A stretch of DNA of 59,009 nucleotides, filler included, from an uncultured bacterium (GTDB taxonomy: Bacteria > Hinthialibacterota > Hinthialibacteria > Hinthialibacterales > Hinthialibacteraceae): assembly GCA_964449065.1 (NCBI GenBank). It is 5 parts of 5 records of this genome, joined end to end, with 100 filler letters (N's around TTAATTAATTAA, not from the genome) between each part and the next. Parts side by side here need not be neighbours in the genome. Positions count along the whole stretch, not along the records: positions 35,803 to 47,425 come from CAYVAZ010000156.1; 4 more parts are not named here. One strand, written 5' to 3'. The notes beneath the pieces were generated by a model. That model made no database searches, was not told where the DNA came from, and saw only the letters and a list, made by a program, of their open reading frames with translations. The translations under genes and the position numbers were made by a program. The number at the start of each line of letters is the position of its first letter. The first letter of the stretch is position 1. Below, one piece after another: positions 37,453-47,425 of this stretch.

Positions 37453-39192
37453 GTGAATACTCTTATGATGGTTTATGCTATCTATTGGACAGGATTATTT
37501 CTGCCATGCGCTGTGATGGTTTTGCCCGCGTTTCAAACCACGTTTACTGAAGATGTGCTGGTGGGGGCCGCATTTGTGTACTTGCTATTGCGGTATGTCA
37601 ATGATGACCGGATGGCTATTCCCCCTCCGTTTCAACCGGTCTTTTACGCGGGATTTTTATCGTTGATTTATGGAATCTTATGGCTGGGGCTGGTGCGGGG
37701 ATATTATGAAACGTATGGCAAGGCGCTCATTGCTTTACCGATGTTATTGATTTTGGTCCTTGTATTGGATTATCCGGTAAGGCACAAAGAATCCAAGCCT
37801 CATAACCGGCTGTGTTCTACCCTATTGATCGCCAATCTTGTTCTTTTTATTGTATTGATTGTATGGGGACGGATGATTCACCGGGATGCCAATCCGTATT
37901 ATCAAGCGGTCAAGCATTTTCTGGTTCCAACCCTATCGGTGCTGCCGGTGGTTTCGTTGGCAGTGCTTCATGCTCCCCGGTTTCCGTCATTGCAAGATGC
38001 CCGTTCGCATTTGTTGTTGCTTCTTCCCCTATTCTTGTTGTGTATCGTGGCTTGGAGCGGCAATGCTTACACCTGGGCATTGTGGTATACCGCCGGGAAG
38101 TTGGAGCGGGAGTGGACTCCATTTTATTATGACAAAGCCAGCCAGCCGGCGCTGTACGCGGAAGCCAACCGGAAGCCGTATGACGCCGCCCGTTATTATA
38201 TGCTGGTGAAAGAACGTTTGCAGAATAAAGGAGAGATCTCAGAGTATTGGAACTGGGATTTTTTTATGCAGTACCGCATGGCCTATCAAGCCAGACGGTT
38301 GAAAGAGGCTTCGCGTTGTTTGGCATGGCTGCCGCCGGAACGGGCGGAGACGGATTTCCAAATCCAGACGCTGCAAACATTGTGGAATGAAGAATTTTTG
38401 TGGGATATGCAGCAGCATACGGATATGTTTGATTCACCACAATCTTTTGTTGTAGATGCCGAGTGGGATGCGCGGACCAATCAGGCGTTTGTGATGGATC
38501 TTTTCGGGCGTGTGTTTGTGTATGAAGAGGAATGGCTTCAACCGGTATGGAAGCCTGATATGGATGTAACCAATGCGGTGGATTTGGAAGTAACGCAGCA
38601 TGGTTTTACGGTGTTGTTGGAAGATGGACTTATATTGTTTGAGAAGGAGCAGCCCTATTGGTCTACTTTGCATTTGCGGATTCCAAAGCCGCATTTCGCT
38701 CTTGATATGGAATGGCTTTCCCCGAATGCCTGTATTGTTATGACCGATTTCGGTTGGCTGCATTTTGTTGGAGATGTTCCGCAAACGATTCCGCGGGAAC
38801 AAGCATTTAACTTTGGCAAACGATTGGCGGCTGATTTCGAGGTTGATCCCGACGGTAAGGGATTGTATGTGTTGGATGTGTATGGCGGGATACATTCGTC
38901 TCATGCAGAGGGGGAAAGCAGTTTGCCGCATAAGCCGCCCATGGTGGATGAATCGTTATTGCCGTATTGGCTGAATCAAAACGTGGCGGTTGATATGGAA
39001 CTGGATGACGTGAATGAAGCCATCTATATCTACAATCGTATGGGGGAATTGTTTCCCGTAACAGCAAACCCGTTTCGGGAAACCTATCATCCCAATGAAA
39101 AAGCCCGGTTTCGCGGTGTTGCGATCACACTGGATTCAGAAAGTAAGATCCTGGCATTGGAATCGAATGGGAATATGATCTCTATTCCTTAA
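37453..39192 (+). CDS. Polytopic membrane protein with C-terminal beta-propeller-like repeats
   Basis: ~7 TM segments, then repeated D-x-E...G-x-x-V-L/M-D-x-x-G units (e.g. ADFEVDPDGKGLYVLDVYGGIH). Confidence 0.75.
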   Translation: MNTLMMVYAIYWTGLFLPCAVMVLPAFQTTFTEDVLVGAAFVYLLLRYVNDDRMAIPPPFQPVFYAGFLSLIYGILWLGLVRGYYETYGKALIALPMLLILVLVLDYPVRHKESKPHNRLCSTLLIANLVLFIVLIVWGRMIHRDANPYYQAVKHFLVPTLSVLPVVSLAVLHAPRFPSLQDARSHLLLLLPLFLLCIVAWSGNAYTWALWYTAGKLEREWTPFYYDKASQPALYAEANRKPYDAARYYMLVKERLQNKGEISEYWNWDFFMQYRMAYQARRLKEASRCLAWLPPERAETDFQIQTLQTLWNEEFLWDMQQHTDMFDSPQSFVVDAEWDARTNQAFVMDLFGRVFVYEEEWLQPVWKPDMDVTNAVDLEVTQHGFTVLLEDGLILFEKEQPYWSTLHLRIPKPHFALDMEWLSPNACIVMTDFGWLHFVGDVPQTIPREQAFNFGKRLAADFEVDPDGKGLYVLDVYGGIHSSHAEGESSLPHKPPMVDESLLPYWLNQNVAVDMELDDVNEAIYIYNRMGELFPVTANPFRETYHPNEKARFRGVAITLDSESKILALESNGNMISIP

Positions 39193-39258
39193 AGTGTTCC
39201 CTTGCGGAGCAAGAGTGGTTGGCTATTCTTTTAACAAACATGACTGAAAGGGTAAACT

Positions 39259-39492
39259 ATGAAGAATCCAGAATTTCAAAATAAACCGTATGTCTGCAAA
39301 GAAGCGGCGGGCAAAAAAGCCTATTGCACCTGCGGATTAAGCGATAACCGGCCGTATTGCGACGGGTCGCATAAGGTCACCGATTGCAAGCCGATCATTG
39401 TTGAGATAGAGAAAGACCGCCAAGTGGCGTGGTGCGGCTGCGGCCAATCCAAAGAAATGCCGTATTGTGATGGATCACACACGTATTTGTAA
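39259..39492 (+). CDS. CDGSH iron-sulfur protein (two CDGSH motifs)
   Basis: CTCGLS..PYCDGSH and CGCGQS..PYCDGSH. Confidence 0.95.
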   Translation: MKNPEFQNKPYVCKEAAGKKAYCTCGLSDNRPYCDGSHKVTDCKPIIVEIEKDRQVAWCGCGQSKEMPYCDGSHTYL

Positions 39493-39722
39493 ATCACTTA
39501 AATAAATCACTTAAAACCGTCCATGTACGCGAATTAATATCTCATGTACACATACGTTATGATAGGCTCGTTATTTTAATCTTTTGTTGTAACTATCGCC
39601 CTTATCCTTATCCAATCCAAAAGGGAGAAGACGATAGAAAATATGTCTGAGGCAGGGAGTTGCTCTTTAACAAAATTCATAGATAAACAGTAGACAACCA
39701 ACATTTGCGTCACATCAGTAAA

Positions 39723-40643
39723 TTAATTCATGAACAGGCTCTCCATTGAGGTATTGGTTTCCGCATAGACGATATTCTCATCCCAAAATATAGATGGATT
39801 CAACGCGTATGGTTGAATAACAGATTTGGTCTCATCTCGCGGCAAAATCATGCAAGTGGTTGAGAGCGCATCGGCTGAAACGGTGTCGTTCGCAATCACC
39901 CATGCCGCAAGGATGTGATTGACCGGTGCTCCCGTTTTTGGATCGATGATATGCTGCCCCTTTTGCAATCCCGACCCGCTGATGGTTTGGTGAGACAACA
40001 AAACGGTCCGCAACCGCTCCCGTGTTTCCGGATGGCGAATGCCGAGTTTCCAACCTTCTTCATCATGTGGAGGGGCCAACGCCAACACCGTGCTCCAACC
40101 GCTGTGCAGCATGGCTCGTTCGATATCCCATTCCAATAGAGTTTTACGCATACAGTCTATGGCATAGCCCTTACCGATACCGCCCAGGTCGACTAACACA
40201 TCCTTCCGCAAGCGGCTTACCGTGACAGATTCTTGATCGATATGCAACCCGAATGTGCGGTTACTTTTGGTTTGGTTTTGTGGTTTTTGCCCGGTTTTCC
40301 AACGGTCAATAATGCGGCCGGATGTGACATCGAAGGCTCCGGTTGTTAGATGATACATTTTTTCCGCAAACGTAAGGCATTGCAATGTATCCAAACTCAC
40401 GGATACGGGTTGATCGGCGGGAGAGCGGTTGATTTGGGATACATCGCTGCTTTCGATGTAGCGGCTGAGTTCCTGCTCCAAGCGGTGCAGTTCTTCGAAG
40501 GCGGCGTAGGCTGCTTGTTGGGAGTAATTGCGGTCGTCGTGATCGATGAACATTTCAAACACGGTCGCCATCGCCCGCTGCGAAAAGCGGTGGATGCTGC
40601 GTTCGGATAGATAATCGATAGGATGATTTGTATTGGATTTCAC
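39723..40643 (-). CDS. apbE: FAD:protein FMN transferase (ApbE family)
   Basis: AMAT, GAFDVT, DLGGIGKGYAID, HIIDPKTG and ADALST motifs. Confidence 0.92.
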   Translation of the reverse strand: MKSNTNHPIDYLSERSIHRFSQRAMATVFEMFIDHDDRNYSQQAAYAAFEELHRLEQELSRYIESSDVSQINRSPADQPVSVSLDTLQCLTFAEKMYHLTTGAFDVTSGRIIDRWKTGQKPQNQTKSNRTFGLHIDQESVTVSRLRKDVLVDLGGIGKGYAIDCMRKTLLEWDIERAMLHSGWSTVLALAPPHDEEGWKLGIRHPETRERLRTVLLSHQTISGSGLQKGQHIIDPKTGAPVNHILAAWVIANDTVSADALSTTCMILPRDETKSVIQPYALNPSIFWDENIVYAETNTSMESLFMN

Positions 40644-41051
40644 TTAGTGGTCTCCCCGCTGCGCGTAAAGCATAACGGGGATAAACGCGAGTAAGAATAG
40701 CAGAGAACTAATCATGTGAACCCACATCAGGATATACATTTGCTCCGTATCAAAAAGCCGAACCATCAACAAGACGATGGATAGGATTACCGGCAGCATT
40801 AACGCGATACTAGCCCAAAAGAAAATTGCCATGAACCGGGGGGGGATGGATTGAACGGATTTCAGTATCCAAATGGTAAACGCAATGCTAAAAACCAATC
40901 CGCAGCTGACATGCATGATTAAGGTGAAACCGGAAAACGCGATGGCTTCTGTACACAGCGCGCCAAAACCGGTTAGAACCAAAACAAGCAGCGGCAGCCA
41001 TAATACCAGCGTCCAAATCCAAGAGGGTATGCAATGGTGTTGATTCATCAC
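40644..41051 (-). CDS. 4-TM membrane protein with His in two helices (cytochrome b-like)
   Basis: Four hydrophobic helices; MHVSCG and VHMISS; coupled between the cytochrome gene and apbE. Confidence 0.65.
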   Translation of the reverse strand: MMNQHHCIPSWIWTLVLWLPLLVLVLTGFGALCTEAIAFSGFTLIMHVSCGLVFSIAFTIWILKSVQSIPPRFMAIFFWASIALMLPVILSIVLLMVRLFDTEQMYILMWVHMISSLLFLLAFIPVMLYAQRGDH

Positions 41052-42946
41052 TCACTTTTCTTTTGGGGCAAATCAAACATCATACATTGAAATATGCGGA
41101 CTATTCCTGCCAGCAGAATGATCCCCAGCACGGAAGCACAGACAATCAGCGCGAATTTATAATAGGGCCGCCACACAAACGAGGCGTTAAAGGCTGTCAT
41201 TTGGATGTCATCGAGAGATTGAAAATCCATCATTTGATCTTTCAATGGCAGTTGATCACGACGGGTACTGTCCATAAAAACAGGGGTATCGATTCTGACA
41301 TGTCCGGCGAAAAAATTTGCGTTGTAGTCATGGCAATCCCGGCAGCCGTTAATGCCTAACGACTGCGCGGCGGGGCGGACGTTATGGCCCATTGCCCAGC
41401 GGTATGGATCCGCAGAGGGGTGGGGTTGAACGGTGCCAATGATCTTGCCGGCATGATTCAATTTGAAGATTAATCCTCCGCTGATATAAACCGGATTTCC
41501 CTCATTAGACTTTTTAAGTTCTTGCAAAACAGATGCGATTTGATCCAAATTGGATATCCCCCAATTGCCGGGAGTCGTAGGATCTGATTCGCGTTGAACC
41601 AAACGGCTGATGGTTTCCAATGAGAATATCTTGACCTGATCACCGTTCATGCGTCCCCAAAATGAAGGCCAAAGCGCGTAATGCGGCGCTATCTTCCCGT
41701 TCTCATTTCGCGCAAAGACCGGGGTAATGATATGCGGCAGTACATCCGGTGATTTGTTGACGCCTTGGACTCCCAAAGCATGGGCCATTGCGGTTTTAAC
41801 CTGTTGCGTTTCTTTTCCAATCCACGGGCCGGAATGGCAAGCCGTGCAGGTCATTTTCTCAAAATGGATGGGAGGAATGCCTTTATGCGCGGGAACCGGG
41901 GCGGCGAATTTGCCCGCGGTAGGAACGGCATGTTCTTCGCCCAAATGGCAGCCTTCGCAGGATAACGCCCCTGCCATGGGATTGCTGCTGTGTTCTTCTT
42001 CGCCTTCATAGCCGCGAACGATATCGTGATGGATACCGTTGCGGTGGCAGTCGACACAGTTCATTCCTGCCGCGATGTGCACGTCTTCTTCGGCTTGCCA
42101 TTTTTCTTCCACATCACCATGGACGTTAATCATCGAGTGGCAGAAATAGCAGCGCTCGTTGGGTACCTTGCGTTTGACATCAATAAACACATCGTTTTTG
42201 TGGTTAAAGCGTTTGCTCTCGTAATGCACGGTTGGCGGTACCGCTTTGCTGTCGGGCATGTCTTCGGGCATGATGTAATCGTACGTATCGGGCATGTCTT
42301 TGGCTGAACCTTCGACATCTGCCAACCCGGATGCGGCCGTGGCCGCCCAACGGAAATTTTCTTTGGCGATTTGTTCGGCGTATTTGGATGGATCGTGCGA
42401 GGTTTCCGCGTCATGGCAGGCCAGGCAGTTGGCTTCCAGCGGGCCGGATACCATCGCGCGCATGACGCGTTCGGCTTTCAACTCTCCCTGCAATTCACCC
42501 ACCCCGCCGCCGGGCAGGTGTCTGCCGAAATGCTGGATGAATTCCCAATCGCTCATCCCGATTTCGGAGGGATGATAGGCGCCATCCAAATCGCGGTAGG
42601 AAAGGGGGATTTGCGTTCCGGTTGCGGGATCGGCGTAAATCCAGGGGTGGCCGTTGCGTCCGGGATTCACGTCTACATTCATATAGTTAAAGTGCCAGCC
42701 GGATGTAACCAACTCATAATTGTGGCACGTTTGCGCGCAGGTTTGTTTGGTCGAGAAGGGAAGTTGTGGATCGTCTTCCGGTGTGAGTTGGATGCCTTCT
42801 TCATCCAACAAAGGAATCACATGCACGAAGTTGGAGCGGCTGCCGTCGCCGATATCGCCGAGTTTCGGTTTTAAATCCTGCGCGTGTCCTGCCATCAAAC
42901 AGGGCATCAGCATAGGGAGCGAGAAAAAGAACCAACGTGTTTTCAT
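41048..42946 (-). CDS. Membrane-anchored multiheme cytochrome c (6 CXXCH + 1 CX3CH)
   Basis: Signal peptide; CAQTCH, CLACH, CYFCH, CVDCH, CEGCH, CTACH and CRDCH; C-terminal TM helix. Confidence 0.92.
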   Translation of the reverse strand: MKTRWFFFSLPMLMPCLMAGHAQDLKPKLGDIGDGSRSNFVHVIPLLDEEGIQLTPEDDPQLPFSTKQTCAQTCHNYELVTSGWHFNYMNVDVNPGRNGHPWIYADPATGTQIPLSYRDLDGAYHPSEIGMSDWEFIQHFGRHLPGGGVGELQGELKAERVMRAMVSGPLEANCLACHDAETSHDPSKYAEQIAKENFRWAATAASGLADVEGSAKDMPDTYDYIMPEDMPDSKAVPPTVHYESKRFNHKNDVFIDVKRKVPNERCYFCHSMINVHGDVEEKWQAEEDVHIAAGMNCVDCHRNGIHHDIVRGYEGEEEHSSNPMAGALSCEGCHLGEEHAVPTAGKFAAPVPAHKGIPPIHFEKMTCTACHSGPWIGKETQQVKTAMAHALGVQGVNKSPDVLPHIITPVFARNENGKIAPHYALWPSFWGRMNGDQVKIFSLETISRLVQRESDPTTPGNWGISNLDQIASVLQELKKSNEGNPVYISGGLIFKLNHAGKIIGTVQPHPSADPYRWAMGHNVRPAAQSLGINGCRDCHDYNANFFAGHVRIDTPVFMDSTRRDQLPLKDQMMDFQSLDDIQMTAFNASFVWRPYYKFALIVCASVLGIILLAGIVRIFQCMMFDLPQKKSE

Positions 42947-42974
42947 CAGTGCGTTACAACAATATCAGATAAAT

Positions 42975-44312
42975 TTATACTTGAAAATCGGCCGCGGATA
43001 ACTTGATCTTTTGCTGATTTCGAATGGCTTCCAGTGTTTTCAAGGTACAGACGGTCGCCGCGAATCCAATCTCTGCCGGGCAGTTCAATGCTTCTTCGCC
43101 TTTGATGGCATCCAAAAAGTTTTGAACATGATGCGAGAGTACGGAACCGCCGAGTTCAACCGGCAAATCATACTCGGGTGGAATTACGGTTTCCTGCACA
43201 TCGCCCACCACGCCGGGGTCTTCTTTCGGTTTGGGTTTGTCTTCTTTCTTGGCGTTTTTGATGATGCCGATGTTTTCCCACTTCTGCCAATCCGGCGCGT
43301 TGGGTTCATGATAGACCTTGTTGCGCCCGGGGGATTCGGACGTGTACAGAGTGCCTTCATCGCCCAAAAAACTTTCGAAGTAACCGAAGTTGCTGTTGGC
43401 GTTGATGGTTTGATATTGCGCGCGCACTGCGTGACCTCTGAAGGTGTATTCATACAACGCCATGACCGTGTCGTGGTTTTCGTGCGTTTCGGGATCGTAA
43501 TAATCCGTGCCGCCGCTGGCGGTGATGGTTTGCGGGTAGGATTCCAAAAACCAGTTGAATACATCGATCTGATGCGAACCGAGTTCCGCCAAGGGGCCGC
43601 CGCTGTATTTTTGATACCACATCCAGTTGCGGAACTGCTCCATCGAGGTAAAACCCAGTTCATTGAGTGTTTCATTGGCGACCGGGTAGCGACGGGGATA
43701 ACCGCGGTCGGGCTGTACCGGGCGGTTCCATTGCGCGTTAAGGGCGACCAATCTTCCCAGCATGCGGGTTTCGTTGAGGATGTGTTTTTTGCCGTAGATG
43801 TAATAGGGATTGCTGCGGCGTTGGTAGCCGACTTGCAGGAGTTTGCCGCTTTCTTTGGCCGCTTTCACCATGCCGCGGGCGCCATCGATGGTGTTTGACA
43901 TCATGCTTTCGCAATAGACGTGCTTGCCCGCTTGCAGGGCCGCGATGGTTTGCTCTTGATGAAACGCATCCGGCGTGGCGATGAAGACGGCATCGATATC
44001 GCTTTCATTTTCCAGCAGATCTTGATAGCGGGTGTAGGTGTTGTGCTCTTGCTTGAACCCGGTCAAGATTTTGGATGCGCGGTTGAGGTTGTAGGTTTCC
44101 CACACATCGCAGACGGCGGTAATTTTGACATCCGGCAGTTTGGTGCATGCGTTGATGAGCTTTTGGCCTTGCGTGCCGGTGCCGATAATGCCGACGTTGA
44201 GTGTATCGGATTGTGCTCTGACGTTGGATGCGAGTACCATTGTTCCCGCGATGGCAGAAGTGGATTGGATAAAGTTACGGCGCTGCAATGGTTTGTTTTG
44301 TTTTGGCTCCAT
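42975..44312 (-). CDS. Tat-exported Gfo/Idh/MocA oxidoreductase
   Basis: RRNFI Tat motif; GIIGTGTQG, IATPD..H, GKHVYCE, QVGYQRRS and ELGSHQID motifs. Confidence 0.92.
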   Translation of the reverse strand: MEPKQNKPLQRRNFIQSTSAIAGTMVLASNVRAQSDTLNVGIIGTGTQGQKLINACTKLPDVKITAVCDVWETYNLNRASKILTGFKQEHNTYTRYQDLLENESDIDAVFIATPDAFHQEQTIAALQAGKHVYCESMMSNTIDGARGMVKAAKESGKLLQVGYQRRSNPYYIYGKKHILNETRMLGRLVALNAQWNRPVQPDRGYPRRYPVANETLNELGFTSMEQFRNWMWYQKYSGGPLAELGSHQIDVFNWFLESYPQTITASGGTDYYDPETHENHDTVMALYEYTFRGHAVRAQYQTINANSNFGYFESFLGDEGTLYTSESPGRNKVYHEPNAPDWQKWENIGIIKNAKKEDKPKPKEDPGVVGDVQETVIPPEYDLPVELGGSVLSHHVQNFLDAIKGEEALNCPAEIGFAATVCTLKTLEAIRNQQKIKLSAADFQV

Positions 44313-44339
44313 TGGATTTACGGCTCCCCCAATAATGAA

Positions 44340-45305
44340 CTACGCGCACCACGGACGGGTGCGTTCCAATTCTCCGTTTAAGATGTTCTTGGCGATGATG
44401 ACGTCTTCGGTAACTTGAAAGTCAAACATGCCCGCGCAGATGAAATCCGCGCCGGCCTCGTATGCATAACGGAATCCTGCTTGCGGATGGATGGCCCCGG
44501 CACCCAGCACTTTATAACCGATCCAGGGCTTATCCAGTGATTCCATAAACTCAACGGTTTGTTCCGGCGTTTCCGCCCAGACGCTGTCGTATCTTGGCAT
44601 TGGTCCCGCGGACCAATAGTTCTTTGAGTTGATGGTTTTCATGTAGAAATCGACATCCAAACCGGCTTTTTTATACGCTTGGACGGTTTCGATCTTGTGC
44701 CCGGCCGCCCCGCTGACGACACCCAGCGAGTTAATGTAATCGACCGCTTTGACGATCAACTCCATATTGTTGTTTTCCACGCAACTGTCACCGACTCCGC
44801 CGTGCACGTAGACCGCTTTGGCCCCGTTTTCGACGGCAATGTCGATATCGTGTTTGAAGTTGTTGGATGGCAGCTTTGCCTGCGCGATCCATTGGATTTT
44901 GCCGCCCCATTCATCCCAATAGCGGGTGATGATGCGCAACGTGTGTTGATCAACGCGTAGGATGGCGGTGTTGAGGCCCATCTCCTCGCACAGCGCCAGC
45001 GTTTCGCAGACTTTGTCATCGGTGAAGTATTGTTTGAGAAGCGGTGAGACATAGATGAGGTCGCGGCTGTGGGCGAAGCCGCTGATGAGGTTGCCGCCGC
45101 AGATTAAGCGGCTGATTATGAGATCGCCGATTTGCCCTTGCGGAAACTCGGCATCACCGCTGTTTGCCGGGGCAGGAATTGCTTCGGCATTATCCGCATA
45201 GGCCAGTAGATTCTTTTCTTCAAACTGGAAGGCAGCAGCAGATGCGGCTGTAGTTAAAGATGCTTTTTTGATGAAACTTCTGCGGTTTACGTTTGGTTTT
45301 GTCAT
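44340..45305 (-). CDS. Tat-signal conserved hypothetical protein (aldo/keto-reductase-like barrel)
   Basis: RRSFIK; ISRLICGGNL..AHSRDL, DFYMKT, KPWIGYKVLGAGAI and GADFICAGMFDFQ motifs. Confidence 0.8.
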   Translation of the reverse strand: MTKPNVNRRSFIKKASLTTAASAAAFQFEEKNLLAYADNAEAIPAPANSGDAEFPQGQIGDLIISRLICGGNLISGFAHSRDLIYVSPLLKQYFTDDKVCETLALCEEMGLNTAILRVDQHTLRIITRYWDEWGGKIQWIAQAKLPSNNFKHDIDIAVENGAKAVYVHGGVGDSCVENNNMELIVKAVDYINSLGVVSGAAGHKIETVQAYKKAGLDVDFYMKTINSKNYWSAGPMPRYDSVWAETPEQTVEFMESLDKPWIGYKVLGAGAIHPQAGFRYAYEAGADFICAGMFDFQVTEDVIIAKNILNGELERTRPWCA

Positions 45306-45348
45306 GATACTGCGGCCTCCTTTGCCAAAAATGAATTCGGAGTATTGC

Positions 45349-46347
45349 TTACGCCATCCAAGGGCGTTTGCGGTCTAGATCGCCGTTTAAGATTCTCTTG
45401 GCGATCAGTACATTTTCCCGCACTTGAAAATCGTACATACCCGCGCAGATGAAGTCGGCACCGTTTTTGAAACCGTATTCAAAGCCTTCGGTTGGATGCA
45501 CGCCGCCCGCGGCCAGCACTTTATAGCCGATCCACGGTTTTTGCAGGGTTTCCATCACGGCGATGGTTTGTTCCGGAGTTTTATCCCAGTAGTTATCGGT
45601 GGCATAATTGTCGATGACATCTTTGGTTTGTTCCGGCCGTTTCTTTGACCAATAGTTATTGCTATGGAGCGTTTTCATATAGAAATCGGTGTTGATACCT
45701 GCTTTTTCACATTGGATCGGCACGTTGATGTTGTGTCCGGCTACTCCGGCGATGACTCCTTGTTCTTTGATGTAGTCAATGACTTTGCCGACCAAATCGA
45801 CTTTGCCGCTGCGTACCCATTCATCCGCAACATTGCCGAGAATAAAGCAGCCGACGGCCCCGTTATCGATGGCTTTTTGCGCGTTGCTGAAGAGGTCTTT
45901 TTCGGTCGGTTTAATTTGCGCTAAGAACTGAATCTTGCCGCCCCATTCATCCCAATAGCGGTTGAGGATATCGAACGAGTTGGCGTGGCGGGTGCCCCCG
46001 GCGTAAAGGATGACGGTGTTGATGCCGCTTTGTTCGCAGATGTCAAAGGTCTCAAAGATTTTCTCATCGGTGAAGTAATTCTTTAACAGGTCGGATACAT
46101 ACGCGAGGTCGCGGCTGTGAGCGTATCCTCCAACCAAGTTGCCCCCGCAAATCAAACGGCTGATAGTGACGTCTCCGATTTTCCCGGCGGATAAACCATT
46201 AATCTCTCCGGCGGGCTGCTTGGGCGGATTTTGCTGCGCGGCCAGCAGGGTTTGTTCTTCCAAACTCATGGCGGCGGTTAACGCGGCCGTTCCCATGATG
46301 GTGGATTGGCGGATAAATCCGCGGCGGTCAACGGCATATTGGCACAT
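45349..46347 (-). CDS. Tat-signal paralog of 44340-45305
   Basis: RRGFIR; same ISRLICGGNL, AHSRDL, DFYMKT, KPWIGYKVL and GADFICAGM motifs. Confidence 0.8.
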   Translation of the reverse strand: MCQYAVDRRGFIRQSTIMGTAALTAAMSLEEQTLLAAQQNPPKQPAGEINGLSAGKIGDVTISRLICGGNLVGGYAHSRDLAYVSDLLKNYFTDEKIFETFDICEQSGINTVILYAGGTRHANSFDILNRYWDEWGGKIQFLAQIKPTEKDLFSNAQKAIDNGAVGCFILGNVADEWVRSGKVDLVGKVIDYIKEQGVIAGVAGHNINVPIQCEKAGINTDFYMKTLHSNNYWSKKRPEQTKDVIDNYATDNYWDKTPEQTIAVMETLQKPWIGYKVLAAGGVHPTEGFEYGFKNGADFICAGMYDFQVRENVLIAKRILNGDLDRKRPWMA

Positions 46348-46633
46348 AATATCATCTCCCCAAATTCGTGTGATTATGACTTCGTAAGTTTATTCACTCA
46401 ACTATATCACAAATCCAAAGGAAGTTTAACAATTGATTTTAATATATATAAAGATTAGTATATCTATAAATATACATGATTTCACACGGAAATAAAGATC
46501 AAGGTGTGAAAACGGTCTGCCGGGTTGAATAGGCGAAAATACATGACAATAATGATATACATATCTTAAAATAAATATATCTTGTGTTACAATGATTTGA
46601 GGTTACAGTCTTGGTTTGAGAAGGAGAGACGCG

Positions 46634-47425
46634 GTGCCAAATCAACGGCAAAAATCGACACAACTTACCTATGCGGTAAACGGCATCCTTTCGGCGCTGG
46701 CGGTATTAATGTTGTGGATCTGGCTCAATACCGGCCTGTCGGTATCGCTGGAAAAACGTGTGCCGGGCATGGATAAAGCCGATGTCGCTTCCAGCGTATC
46801 CGGTTCACGCACCGGCCCGGAAGGTGTACTGATTCGGGGCAACGGTACCCCTTCGGATTTAGACGGCAGCTGGCCTTGTTTCCGCGGAGAAAATCTTGAC
46901 AACATTTGCCAGGCTGGAATTACGCCTGTTCCCCCGGAAAGCGGTTTTACCGGGCACTGGTCAATTGAAGTGGGCGAGGGCTTTGCCGGAGCCGCTATCC
47001 ATGACGGCCGTGTTTATGTGATGGATTACGACCGCGAAAACAAAAAAGATGCCTTGCGCTGCCTGTCGTTTGATGACGGGCAGGAAATCTGGCGCTATGC
47101 CTATCCGGTGAATATCAAACGCAATCACGGCATGAGCCGTACGGTTCCCTATGTGACCGATACCCACATTGTCTCCATCGGTCCTAAATGCCATGTGACC
47201 TGCCTTGATTCAAAAAGCGGCGAGAAAAAGTGGAGCCTGGATTTGGTGTATGCCTACAATACGGAAGTGCCGCCCTGGTATACCGGACAAAATCCGTTGG
47301 TGGATGACGGTAAACTAATCTTGGCTCCGGGCGGTACGTCGCTGATGATCTGCTTGGATTTGGACACCGGAGAGGTCCTTTGGGAAACACCCAATCCCAA
47401 CAAATGGCTGATGACGCATTCATCT
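46634..47425 (+). CDS. Membrane-anchored PQQ-like beta-propeller protein, 3'-truncated by contig end
   Basis: AAGGAG RBS plus GTG 46634; TM helix; WPCFRG, LRCLSFDDGQEIW and NHGMSRTVP motifs. Confidence 0.85.

Noticed and set aside
43011..43898. 295-aa plus-strand ORF and many similar shadow ORFs
   Set aside because: Antisense or alternate-frame shadows of well-supported genes, with no recognisable motifs
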